Assembly: GCF_006345805.1 (NCBI RefSeq)
Contig: NC_043000.1
Location: 3,782,001 to 3,846,000, forward strand
Direction: 5' to 3'
Length of the DNA stretch: 64,000 bases
Source: Octopus sinensis
Taxonomy: Eukaryota
The position numbers and the translations under genes were made by a program. The notes beneath the pieces were generated by a model. It was not told where the DNA came from, did not search any database, and was given only the letters and a program-made list of their open reading frames with translations. Below are positions 13,540-26,990 of this stretch, in pieces; position 1 is the first letter of the stretch, and every line of letters begins with the position of its first letter.

Positions 13540-14260
13540 GTTAATTATTCTACAGGTAAATGCTAACCTTCAAAAAACATGCTTTCTAGAACTTTATGAA
13601 TTGTAAGACCATAGGATTGTCTGAACAGAAATTGAAAGATACCTGTGCCTTTGGATGATTTCATCATCTATACTCTCAACAATACACTCTAAAATATGGT
13701 TTCTGATTACAAATATCTTGGGTCATATATATCATCATCTGAAAAAGATTTTCTAACTAGAAAGGGTATGGTCTGGTCAGCCTGTAATGATATGCATAAG
13801 ATCTGGTCATCAAATCTAAGTAGAGATTTCAAACTTAAAATCTTCAAAGCCACAGTCGAACCAATTCTACTATATGACTCAGAAACCTGGATGTTATCAA
13901 AGAAGCTTGAGAGGCAGTTGGATGGAACTTACACTCACCTCCTTATGAGAGCTCAAAATCTCTCGTGGAAGCGTCATCCAACCAAAGTACAAATATATAG
14001 GAAATTACCACCTGTATCATCTCTTGTGAAAGATAGAAGAGTCCAGTTTGCTGGACATTGTTGTAGAGCTGAAAACGAGGTAATTTCTACTCTTCTCCTC
14101 TGGAAGCCATCTGCTTACGATACCAGAGGGCACACGCTCTCCTACCCTGATGTAATCTCCAGGGATACAGGCATCCAGCAACAGGACTTCCGTAATGCTA
14201 TGATGGACCGTGAAGTCTGGTCGAACAATGATCACGGTCGAACAATGATGATGATGTCTT
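13540..14260 (+). mobile_element. RTE-clade LINE ORF2 C-terminal fragment (second family)
   Basis: ORF 13696..14328 with YKYLGS, ILLY(D)SETW and FAGHC motifs; ends in an (ATG)n tail. Confidence 0.85.
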
Positions 14261-14832
14261 TGGAATGTCAATGCATAATCACTTCTTGGATGCATTTGTA
14301 TTTTGGGATAAATAAATCTTTCTCTTAATGAGTGCCAGAAACAATTACAATGAAAATTATCAAATTAAAGGTTTAAACACAATTTGCTTCAATGAAATGA
14401 CTCAATGGGGATTGTTTCTCAAAGATGGTGTAGCAATTACATTTCTTCAAGCTGGAGATGTAGCTAATGGCCATTGCAATTGAGCAAGATATATTATTAA
14501 GAGCCCCCACTCTTATTTACACTGTTATTGCTCCTAGCATCTATAAAGATGAAGATTTATTTGTCCTTTCTCTTTTCCTGTATATAAACTGAACATTTGC
14601 AGCTGAATTGCAAATGAATATGCTGCACAGAGGAGATATAACAAGATCAAAACATATCCATTGCTTTCACCTGGTGACTACAAAACTTAAATTTATCTTA
14701 TTTTTCCTAATAATTTGAATCAGTCTGTGTGTTTATTTGTATAGTATATGCATGTGTATGTATAATATATATGTATATAGATAGATAGATAGATAGATAG
14801 ATAAGATAGATTGATAAGATAGATAGACAGAC

Positions 14833-14886
<54 letters not shown>

Positions 14887-15065
14887 CAGCATCAGCATCA
14901 AGCAGCGATTAGGAATAAATGATCTTTAGGTTAGTTAAAATATGTTTGTGGCATATTTTAACGATCCCATAGCTTGTTTATATACAGACACATACGCACA
15001 CAAACACACACACACACACACACACATATGTATTTATGTATGCGTATATGTATGTATGTATGTAT

Positions 15066-15097
<32 letters not shown>

Positions 15098-16123
15098 GCT
15101 CCGCATAGCCCCAGCCCATTCAAAGTACCTTGGATTTCAGAACAACCCGCTGTACTTGAGGAGACCTATTGAGTCAAGTACATGAACATCGAAATAAATA
15201 TCAACGGATATAGTAGTTATGATACCTATGCCGGTGGCACGTAAAAAGCACCATCCAAACGTGGCCGATGCCAGCACCGCCTTGACTGGCTTCTGTGCCG
15301 GTGGCACATAAAAAGCACCATCCAAACGTGACCGATGCCAGCGCCGCCTTGACTGGCTTCCGTGCTAATGGCACGTTAAAAGCACCAACCAATCGTGGGC
15401 GCTGCCAGACTCCCCTGGCACGTAAAAAGCACCCACTACACTCATGGAGTGGTTGGTGTTAGGAAGAGCATCCAGCTGTAGAAACACTGCCAGATCAGAC
15501 TGGAGCCTGGTGCAGCCTCCTGGCTTCCGAGACCCCGGTCGAACAGTCCAACCCATGCTAGTGCGGAAAACGGACGTTAAACGATGATGATGATGATGAT
15601 GATGATGATATACACATGCACACACACAAATACATATATATTACTGCTCTAATATTTAGAGTGTGTTTCCTTTTGGGATATATGATCTACACACACATAC
15701 ACACACACATCATCATCATTATCATTATCATCATCATTTAACGTCTGCTTTCCATGCTGGCATGGGTTGGACGGTTTGACTGAGGACTGGCGAGCCAGAT
15801 GACTGCACCAGGCTCCAATCTGATCTGTCAAGGTTTCTACAGTTGGATGCTCTTTCTAACACCAACCACTCTGAGAGTGTAGTGGGTGCTTTTACGTGCC
15901 ACCAGCACGGGGGCCAGTCAGGCAGCACTGGCATCAACCACACTCGAATGGTAGTTTTTACATGCCACCAGCATGGGAGCCAGTCAGGTAGCAGTGGCAT
16001 TCTTTCATTCCCTTTTGCTGAACCTGTAAGCTATGGGGATGTAAACACACCAACATTGGTTGTCATGCGATGGTGGGTGGACAAACCCAGACACATATAC
16101 ATATTATTATACATATATATGTG

Positions 16124-16155
<32 letters not shown>

Positions 16156-16876
16156 ATATATATGTGTGTGTGTGACAGGCTTCTTTCAGTTTCCGTCTAC
16201 CAAATCCATTCACAAGGTTGGTCGGCCTGAGGCTATGGTAGAAGACACGTGCCCAAGGTGCCGCTATTTTTAGATTTGAACACTACAAATTTTGGGAGAA
16301 TCTCTGTGGATTGAAGTTTTTCCGATCACTATGTGAGATTCTACTACCGATGTGTGTGTGTGTGCATATACATATATACATAAATACATATATACATATG
16401 TTATATTGACTATATATATGTGTATGTATGTATGTTATACAGTATATGCAATATATACATTATACTATATGTCTATACAATATATACATTAAAATATAGT
16501 AAGGAACAACTTTCTACAAAAGTTTTGTTTACTATTCAGTATAAGTTATCTTCTTTAAAACAGTTATCTCAATTATTGTTTCACCATTCCCAACACTTTT
16601 TTTTTTTCCAGTTCCAGTACCTCTCTAGGGATGTATGTATGGTATTGTATACATTTCCCATAGATATTCTTTTTGATATCTTCTATCATTTGAAATTTAC
16701 AACCTTTAGGGTGAACTTTTGACCTGGGACCAAAAAGTAAAAAAAAAAAATTGTAGAGGCCAAATTTTGAAAAAGGATGGCTGGTGGCTATCAGTCATCT
16801 TACACTTTCCTGTTAGTTATGGATAAGGAGTGATGCAAATTCAAAGTCAAGATGCAACATCAAGATTTTATTTATA

Positions 16877-17262
16877 CTAGCAGTGTCACCTGGCATTGCT
16901 CAGGTTTGTTTCAACCCTTTAGAATTGGAATTTTTGAAAAGTAAAAATTTTGCATTATGTAGCTTGTTATTCTCTTTAAGTGAACATTTTCTGGTTGAAA
17001 TACACCGAAAATGGCGACACAGCAGTCAAAAAATCGTAAAAAATAGGGATTTTCATAGAAAAAAAGCACCTTTTTGATGTAAATAATTTTTGGTGTTAAC
17101 ATGGTCCAATTTGAATTTTATCTTCTACGGAAGGAAGAGCAAGCCTTCTTCTATCATACTCTCAATTTTGGTCAACTTGTGCTGCAAGGTCTCGGAGGAG
17201 ATAGTGTTAGTTGAAGGCTACCAGACCCGCCACACAGACAACTTCAGCTTTATATATATAGA
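16877..17262 (-). mobile_element. Non-autonomous Helitron (diverged subfamily)
   Basis: A|TC...CTAG|T on the minus strand; termini homologous to the other two copies. Confidence 0.7.
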
Positions 17263-19643
17263 TATAGCTCAGGATTTTCCTTTGTATTACCTCTCTCAAA
17301 CATGCCTCAAGACATCCAAATAAATCACTTTATTGATTGTTCGACCAAGTGGAACAGACATGATGAACAACTCCCCTCTCACTGAAAATTAACATCAATA
17401 TCACCTTTGAATTTTAGTAACTCTGATATCTTTTATCTTTTACTTGTTTCAGACATGAGACTGGGGCCACGCTGGGGCACTGCTGAAAAGAATTTCTGGT
17501 TGAATGAATTGACACCAGTGATTATTTTTTTAGTCTGATACTTATTCTATTGGTCTCTTTGGCTGGAGCTCAAAGTTACAGGGACATAAACGTACCAACA
17601 CCGGTTGTCAAGCTGTGGTAGGACAAACACACACATGCATACAAACATACATACATGTGTGTGTGTGTATTCTGTCATTCTTTTACTTGTTTCAGTTATC
17701 TGACTGCAGCCTTGCTGGAGCACCACCTTGAAGGGTTTTAGTCAAACAAATTGACCCCACGACTTATTTTTTAAGCCTAGTACAGTTGTCAAGTAGTGAT
17801 GGGGGACAAACCCAGATACAAAGACACATACACATAGATTGGCCCATGATTATATTGGAAGACACTTGCCCAAGGTGCCATACAGTGGGACTGAACCTGA
17901 GACTATGTGGTTGAGAAGCAAATTTTTTACCACACAGCCATACCCACACCTATGATAAACTGCTTCTGTTTTTTCTTTTATTCATAGCAACAATGATTCA
18001 ACTATTTTGGTGACAAGCATTTTCTTTTGTTACTGTGGCCATGCAATCGTATTTCATCACCTGTTATGACACATTTCAGAAATCTACTATATACAATTGA
18101 AGCAATATTTAATTGAAAAAAACTATTTGTGTATTATATTTAATGTATACACAGAAATGATAGAGCTGGTGCTGTATTATTTGTTCTGAGATAATATCCC
18201 TAATGCACTTGCTGTATTAAGAATGCAATAAATATCAGTCTGAGATGAAAACACAAGCCAACAACAGCCAGTGAGAGTATCAAATGCACTTGAGCACTTC
18301 TGGGCTTTTTCAGTGGCATGTACTTACTCTCTTTACTCTTTTACTCTTTTACTTGTTTCAGTCATTTGACTGCGGTCATGCTGGAGCACTGCCTTTAATC
18401 GAACAACTCGACCCATGGACTTATTCTTTTGTAAGCCCAGTACTTATTCTATCGGTCTCTTTTGCCGAACCGCTAAGTAACGGGGACACAAACACACCAG
18501 CATCGGTTGTCAAGCAATGCTAGGGGGACAAACACAGACACACAAACACACACACGCATATATATATACATATACATATATACGACGGGCTTCTTTCAGT
18601 TTCCGTCTACCAAATCCACTCACAAGGCTTTGGTCGGCCCGAGGCTATAGTAGAAGACACTTGCCCAAGGTGCCACACAGTGGGACTGAACCCGGAACCA
18701 TGTGGTTGGTAAACAAGCTACTTACCACACAGCCACTCCTGCGCCTACTTACAGGTAAATAAAAAAGTGAAGTTACCTTCTCAAGTCATACTGACTCATA
18801 AGGGCTGGTTTCGCGGTTTCGTGGCATATATATTCTCCACCTGGATGGGATGCCGGTCTTTTTTTTGCAGGATTACTCATTTTTGAGAGCATGCATAAAC
18901 ATATACACATATTCACTGATGTTGTGAAAAGCTGCCCAACTGATAAAGAATCCAGTACATGCAACTGAAGCAGTATTTAATTAAAATGGCCATCTATGTA
19001 TCATATTTAATGTATACACACTGCTGATAGGCCAGTTACTGCAGTATTTGTCCTAAGGATAACATCTCTAATAGACTTGCTGCATGAAAAGCATAATAAA
19101 TATCAGAGAGAGATAAAAATTCATATCAGCAGTGGCCAGCAAGGGCACCAGTTGCCTTCAGGCAGCTATGTGCTAGGATGAAAATTGGTCATCTTTGGTG
19201 TAGGAAAAAGTGAATAAAACCTTCACTGATGTTGTGAATTGCTGCCCAACTGATAAAGAATCCAGTATTTGCAACTGAAGTAGTATTTAACTAAAATGAC
19301 CCTCTGTGTATCATAATTAATGTATACATGCTGTCTATAGGCCTGTTACTGTAGTATCTGTTCTGAGATAGCATCATTTATGGACTTGGTGTATTAAAAA
19401 TACAATAAATATTAGAGAGAGAGATGAAAATTCATACGCATATATACATATATACATACAACTATATATCTTATGTATGTATATGTAATGTATATATGCG
19501 TGTGAAAATATATATATATACACACATGCACAGACACAGACACACACATACATGTGTTAATATGCTTGTGTGATATGTAATGTGTGTGTATGTGAGTGCT
19601 TATATATATATATATACATACATCTGTATGTATACATATATAT

Positions 19644-19696
<53 letters not shown>

Positions 19697-19904
19697 GTGA
19701 AATAGAAAGATGAATAATCTTGTAGTAGATTAATCAAAAGTTTAACCGATACCTTAGTAGCAAAAATCACAGCAGTAAACAGCACGGTTGGAGGTACAAC
19801 CATCTGGCGTTGCAACCGTGCGTTGGTGCGGATAATTGAAATTAAAACATTATTGGTGAATTGAAGAAATGGAGCTGAACGCAGATTGAACAGAAATCGT
19901 TTTA

Positions 19905-19993
19905 TTTCATTCTACACGTGTTTCGAAAGGCACAAATTACCAAAATCCGATTGAATAATGGGACCATATTGTGTCTTTCTCTTCAGGAAGAAA
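19905..19993 (-). ncRNA. Type I hammerhead ribozyme motif (mirror copy in left arm of 183-bp inverted repeat)
   Basis: Exact reverse complement of 20118-20206. Confidence 0.75.
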
Positions 19994-20117
19994 AAAGGAA
20001 ATCCGTTGGAAACACAAAAACAGAACAGAGGCGGAGCCATGGGCTCTTAGGAGCACAGTTCGATTTGTTTTTTGCTCCGCCTCTGTTCTGTTTTTGTGTT
20101 TCCAACGGATTTCCTTT

Positions 20118-20206
20118 TTTCTTCCTGAAGAGAAAGACACAATATGGTCCCATTATTCAATCGGATTTTGGTAATTTGTGCCTTTCGAAACACGTGTAGA
20201 ATGAAA
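20118..20206 (+). ncRNA. Type I hammerhead ribozyme motif with palindromic minimal stem III
   Basis: ttc-CTGAAGA(20125-31)-stem II GAAAGaCACAA/TTGTGcCTTTC-GAAA(20187-90)-CACGTG-TA(20197-98)-gaa. All core nucleotides and the G10.1-C11.1 pair are present. Confidence 0.75.
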
Positions 20207-20254
20207 TAAAACGATTTCTGTTCAATCTGCGTTCAGCTCCATTTCTTCAATTCA

Positions 20255-20289
<35 letters not shown>

Positions 20290-20353
20290 CTAGATAGTAT
20301 ATTGGATATATATTATCCCATGGTGGGTTGAATTTTCAACCCCTATCTCATTT

Positions 20354-20384
<31 letters not shown>

Positions 20385-20572
20385 TCTTTTACTTGGTTCA
20401 GCCATTCGACTGTGGCCATGCTGGAACACCACCTTTAGTCAAACAAATCGAGCCCAGGGCTTATTCTTTGTAAGCCTAGTACTTATTCTATCAGTTTCTT
20501 TTGCTGAACCGCTAAGTTACAGAGATGTAAACATGCTAACGTCAGTTGTCAAGCGATGGTGGTAGAGACAAG

Positions 20573-20603
<31 letters not shown>

Positions 20604-21841
20604 TATATGACAGACATCTTTCTGTTTCTGTCTGCCAAATCCACTCACAAGACCTTGGTCAGCTTGAGACTATAGTAGAAGACACTTGCCCTAGGTTCCA
20701 TGAAGTGGGACTGAACCTGGAACCATGTGGTTGGAAAGTAAGCTTCTTACCAACAACCACTCCTCTACCTATATATATATTTTTCAAGAAAAATTAACAA
20801 GATATTCAACATCTTTGGCCAATTTTGTGTGGCAACTTAAGGAAGATAAAATTGAGTATAACATAACTTAGTCCATAATATCGTTTTCAGGAGATGCCAG
20901 CTCTGCTCTGAAGAATCCTTGTTTATTCTGTGGACCAATGAGAAAATCATTAATAGAATTTCTCAATGACTCTTAAGATGCTAACACAGATATATATTTC
21001 TTTACTACCCACAAGGGGCTACACACAGAGAGGACGGACAAACAGATTAAGTCAATTACATGGACCCCAGTGCGTAACTGGTACGTAATTTATCGACCCT
21101 GAAAGGATAAAAGGCAAAGTCGACCTCGGTGGAATTTGAACTCAGAACATAACGGCAGTCGAAATACGATTATGCATTTCGCCCGGCATGCTAACGATTC
21201 TGCCAGCTTGCCACCTTCGCTAACACACATATACACACTTTCATACAATGCAGTGGGAATGAATTTGAGTAACCATTAACCTAATTAATAATCATAATTC
21301 ACCTTAAGGTATGGATGAATTAAATTTAGTTCTAACCTCCCAATTCTTATATAAACACTAAGTAGCTATTTAATTCACTATGTGAATATATGTGTGCCAA
21401 ACCACACATGTGTGTATACTTAAATTTTTGTGGATGTTTGTATGAGTGAGTGTATATGCGTCATACAACCTACATAAGGGTGTTTATACATCCATATCCA
21501 TTAACAGTTATATTTAATAACTTTTACACAGTTTTCTGTGTTCATTTCTTTTTGGATCTGTTATTTTATTATTGATCTTCTATATAAATGAAGCTATATC
21601 TTTAATTTACAGCTTTTCTTTACATGAACTGAGAAGATACCATTTGGAACTGTTATTTTAACAAGTTATATCTATTTATCACCTGAAGAGACACATCTAT
21701 ACCATCAGATGCTCCTAAACCAGTTGTTAAGTATCCCACCCATGAGGGATCAATGCTAGATGGGTTGAAACAATTGTGGTGATTAATAAAAGTTCTCATA
21801 TCTTCCATCTTCCGTCTCCCTCATTAACCAAATATATGTAT

Positions 21842-21911
<70 letters not shown>

Positions 21912-21979
21912 ATATATATATATATTTTATTTTATTTTATCTAGTTTCAGCTCACGAGCTGTGGCCATGCTGGGGCACC

Positions 21980-22014
<35 letters not shown>

Positions 22015-22739
22015 TTGACATACATATTTCTTCTTTATCTTTAGCTAAATGAACCATTCACAGTTCCAGCACTGTCTCAATACACGTCTTCGTTTCATTC
22101 TTCTCTTAGCTTTCCCAAACTTCTCAAAGATGATTTTTCTCTGGAATACCAAGATTCTTTACAATTGATCTTATCTATAAGCGTTTGGTGATGAGAGTTA
22201 AAACAAACAACAACAACAACAAAACAAAAAGAAAGACCAAGAGGAAGGCAGGAAGGAAGGAAGGGGATTACTTTTACCCCAACCAAAAATAATAAATGGT
22301 GAAATATGTTATTATGAATATAAGTACTTCGAAAATGAAGCAGATTTTTCTTTCTATTTTCGGAAAAATCAATTTCCTATTATGGAATGCTCTCATCCAA
22401 TCATTATTGCTGGAATATATTCTGAAAGTGCATAGAACAAAGTCCCTACCTTTAGAGGCTGATCAAACATTTTGGTATCTACCTGCTCTGTGCCAGCTAA
22501 GTTGGAACAGCCATGAAATCCGATAAAATTAATGTGCTAGAGAGAGAGAGGGGGGGGAGAGAGGAAGAGAGAGAGAGGGAGGGAGGGAGGAAGAGAAAGG
22601 GAGAGAGATGCATCTTAATTTTCATTGTCTTAACAATCAACAGGCTCGTTAGTGTTAGCATCGATATGTCTGACTTTGTATGCGTTCGTCATTGGAGCAA
22701 TCGCTTCCACGGCCGTTGCCTGCGCCGCCGTCGCTGTCA

Positions 22740-22980
22740 TCGCCACCACCACCATCACCACCGCCACTGCCACTACCACCACCACTGCCACCATTGCCAC
22801 TGCCACCACCACCACTGCCACCACCACCACCACCACTGCCACCACCATCACCACCACCACTGCCACCACCACCACCACTGCCACCATCACCACCACCACT
22901 GCCACACCACCACCACTACCACCACCATCACCACCACCACTGCCACCACCACCACTGCCACCACCACTACCAACATCACC

Positions 22981-23012
<32 letters not shown>

Positions 23013-23575
23013 CAACATTGCTAATGCCATCACTGCCAGCAGCAATAACGACACCACAACAATCAACAGCACCACCACCACAACCAGAACCGGCATCACC
23101 TCCACAACAAGCACTACCACCACCATCGCCACCAACAACAATAACACCACCACCACTACCACCACCACCACCATCGTTACCAACAACAACAACAAGGACA
23201 ATAACAACAATAGCAACAATAACAACATATTTGCCAACACCACCACCACCACAACATCAACCAGCATCACCACCACAACCAGCACTACCACCACTATCAC
23301 CACCACCACCAACAACAACAGTAACTTCAATACCAACACCACTACCACTACCAACAACAACAATAACAGCACCTCTACCAACACCATCACTGTCAAAACC
23401 ACCACCACCGCCACAACCAACACCACTACTACAACCATCACAACCAACACTACCATCACCACCACCATCACCACCACCATCACTGCCACCACCACCTACT
23501 ACTACTATCGTGGCTGTTATTATTATTATTGGCATCATCATCATCATCATTGCCATCAGCATCATCATCATCGTT
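22740..23575. repeat. Trinucleotide mosaic (CAC/CAT/AAC/TAC) low-complexity tract
   Basis: Directly visible; explains the long stop-free ORFs in several frames. Confidence 0.9.
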
Positions 23576-24199
23576 AACATCACTTACTGTAACTCACTGC
23601 TAACAACTTGAAAAGTATTTTTGTTCTTTTTCTTTTTTGAAAAATACAATTGTATCAGGTGTCAATCCGGCTTTCGCCACTGTGAATGCCATTATCTCAT
23701 ATAATAACACCAGTAGAACAATTGGCCAACACCACTGGAATAGCTTATTACAAGCACTATCTCAGCTAACTTCCCTGGAGAGAGAGAACATCTGCGGTCT
23801 TTCAACCTCCAAGAAATAGCAGCCATATACCCCTCAAATGAAATTCTACTATCTTAAATAAAAAAAAAAAGTCTATACTAAAAGATATTGCAGAGTCTTA
23901 TCTCTTTTAACTTTTACTTGCTTCAGTCATTGGACCGAGGCCATGCTGGGGCTATCTTGAAGGCCTTAGTCAAACAAATCGGTCACAGCATTTAAATTTC
24001 TAAGTCTCGTATTTGTTCTATCAATCTCTTTTGCCAAACAATTTAGTTACAAAGAGGTAAGTAAACTAACACCAGATGTCACATGATGGGAGACAAACAG
24101 AAACATGATATGTCTTGATAAATTTCCGATCTAAGCATAGAAATAACATTAAACAAAGATCTACATAGAAACTCACAATGTGGGCTCATATAGGAATGA

Positions 24200-26990
24200 C
24201 TTACTTAAAAATCTGCCCACAGCTCTTGCCAAAACTAGGTGCATTGGGAAAACTAGTGAATCTGCCACATAAGAAGTAATTGCCATTGGCATTTCTGAAG
24301 AAATCACTGATCTTTAGACATTTGACAGCAACTTGTCCAAGGACTTAGATGGCATTCTTCCAAAAAATGTTCTCTGCCTTGGTTGACCAGGTTCCAAACC
24401 CAGAATAATCAGGTTGACATTTCCAAGCCCAACTGAGGCACATGCATAATATTTAGCCTCTGAGAAGGCCAGGCATGAAAATCGAATTACCTGTTGAACA
24501 TGTCCTGGTTTACCACCTGTTGTACACCCAAAGCTACATGCTGTAGCTTTCTTGAATTGTGACTCAGCACCAAATGAGAACTTTAGCCTATGCAATGATG
24601 GACAAATATGAAAATTTGTTAAATCTGGTGAGACATGGAAAAGAGATACCAGCTGGTCTGTAGCTAGTGTCCCCACAATAAGCAGCAATGAAAAAGCTCC
24701 TGGAAACTAAATAGGAACAATCTGCCATCCCCTGTATACCATTATGACAGGCTTAGATCCAAATTCAAATTACTGTCCTTATACACTCAAAGTTTATGCA
24801 ATGAGATCCACCTTTTTGACACTTACATCAAAAATTTTGATCCTGATTTCATCTCAGGCATAGAAACATAGGCATACTCTTAACTTTGTGATGGTATTTT
24901 TGGCATGACTGGTTACAACTTGTTTCGCAAAGATCACGTTATGGTCAAGAGGGTGGTGTGATGGTCTACATTTGGTCAAGCTTTTCAGCAATTCCTTGTG
25001 ATGATTTGAACCAATCACAACAAGCGGTATTCTTCTGTGTTGTAAGCATAACCATGTCAACACTGCTACTTAGGAGTTGTTTACCATCCACCAAACTACT
25101 ATCAGGACACACAGCATTTTGACATTCACTGTGCTGCATCTAGGAAAACAGCTACTTATGTTTACATTGCTGGTGGCTTCAGTTACCCTGAGATTGAGTG
25201 GGAAACCTTTTGTTGGCTGCAAAGTAGAAATGATTTCCTTGGTCCCAAGTAGTCACTGCCCCCACAAGAGGTAACAACGCTTTGGATCTACTCTTTACCA
25301 CTACCCCTGAAATGGTTATCAGTGTCACTACTGAAGAAACTAGGTGACTCTGATCATGCTATGATCATTGCCAATCTGTTTCTTATGAGCAGAATCAACA
25401 CCACTTCCAAACTGTTCACTTTAACTGGAACAAAGCAGGTTGGAAATCTAACTGCATTGAGCTACAACACCCAAAATGGTTTGGATTTTACAAATTTTCT
25501 GCAAATATGGAAGTATGTACATTAGAAGCAGAAACCTCACTCTCTAGTTGAGCTCCTTTGCAATCCCCACACAGGTCAAATTACTGATGACCCCAAAGAA
25601 TGTGCAGAACTTATTGCTGAATTCTTGGCTGGCTTTTTTACTATTGAAAATCCAAATGTACCATCTTCAACACTTCTGACATAAAATTCTATAACATCTA
25701 TGAAATTTACACCTGTAGGTGTAGCTGTGTGGTAAGCAGCTTGCTCACCGACCACATGGTTCTGGGTTCCTATATGCTACAGACCTTTCTGGCAATCAGA
25801 CCTGGACACAATTCAGCAAGAGATTACTGACTGACAACTCAAGCTGGCTTTGGACAAGTGCACCATCTTGCATTTTAGGAGGAAAAACCCAGTTTTTACA
25901 TACTCCCTCAATACCAGCCTTAAGGAGTCTTAGTGACCATGACCTGGGTATAACTGTCAACAATAATTTGCATTGGACAGACAACATCTCTAAAATTGTC
26001 AAGAAGGCTGAGGGTGTCATAGTATCACTGAGTAAGACCTTTGTCAGCAGTCCTCCTATATACTTAAAGCTGTATTTGGCTAGTGTATGTCCACAGAATT
26101 TGCATCACCAGTCTGGAACCCCTATCTTGTTCAGCATATCAATCTTCTGGAAACTGTTCAGAAATGTGCAACTAGATGAATACCCACCATTCTCTGAATA
26201 TTTTGCTTCCTAGGGCATGGACACATTAAAGCTCCAACATCTAGCAATTGACTTGGTAGACACCCACAAAATTATCCATCATCTTTCTAACAGCAACTTT
26301 GGGTACTTCTTGAATTCCATATGTCTAACACTCATACCCTTTTTACCCTTTTACTTGTTTCAGTCATTTGACTGTAGCCATGCTGGAGCACCGTCTTTAA
26401 TCGAGCAACTCGACCCCGGGACTTATTCTTTGTAAGCCCAGTACTTATTCTATCGGTCTCTTCACAGACACACAAACACACACATATACATATATATACA
26501 TACACACATATACATGATGGGCTTCTTTCAGTTTCCGTCTATCAAATCCACTCACAAGGCTTTGGTCGGCCCAAGGCTAAAGTAGAAGACACTTGCCCAA
26601 GGTGCCATGCAGTGGAACTGAACCCGGAACCATGTGGTTGGTAAACAAGCTACTTACCACACAGCCACTCCTGCGCCTATGGACATACTTACAAAATCAA
26701 AAAACAACCCAACACTCATGACTTTTGGAAATGTTTTTTCATGCTCAGAATTTCTGAAGCATGAAATGAACTACCCACATCAGTTGTTAACTGTCAGGAC
26801 ATTACATCCTTCAAAACTTTTATGCTTTTTGAAATTCTCCAACAGTACACCTAATGCCCCACTAACCCTCATTATGTTTTTTAACAAAGTTTGCACTGTG
26901 CTTATTCAATGTGCTGTTCATGTAGTTTTGGTTACCTTTTCTGATGAGCTGTAGTGAACTTAAGCACATTGCATCCTATAAGTTCATTAT
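24200..26990 (+). mobile_element. Degenerate, internally deleted CR1-type LINE (ORF1 relic, APE endonuclease, RT C-terminus, 3' end), with SINE insert at about 26338-26680
   Basis: VVYHPP, GGFSYPEIEW, PTRGNNALDLLFT and LGDSDH endonuclease motifs; DLGITV, HWTDNISKIVKKA RT-tail motifs; boundaries approximate. Confidence 0.75.

Larger units (their letters stand above)
19693..20256. mobile_element. Putative Penelope-like pseudo-LTR fragment with inverted duplication, inserted in a (TA)n tract
   Basis: Non-coding cassette bounded by (TA)n on both sides; contains two opposed hammerheads, each followed by AATAAA; perfect 183-bp inverted arms. Confidence 0.55.
19855..20256. repeat. Perfect 183-bp inverted repeat with 36-bp spacer
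   Basis: 19855-20037 checked block by block against the reverse complement of 20074-20256; no mismatches. Confidence 0.97.

Noticed and set aside
19918-20199. Mirror-image ORFs on both strands
   Set aside because: A direct consequence of the perfect inverted repeat; no coding evidence.
22513-23611. 354-aa, 319-aa and other long ORFs
   Set aside because: They arise from stop-free trinucleotide repeats open in several frames and on both strands; no domain or splice context.
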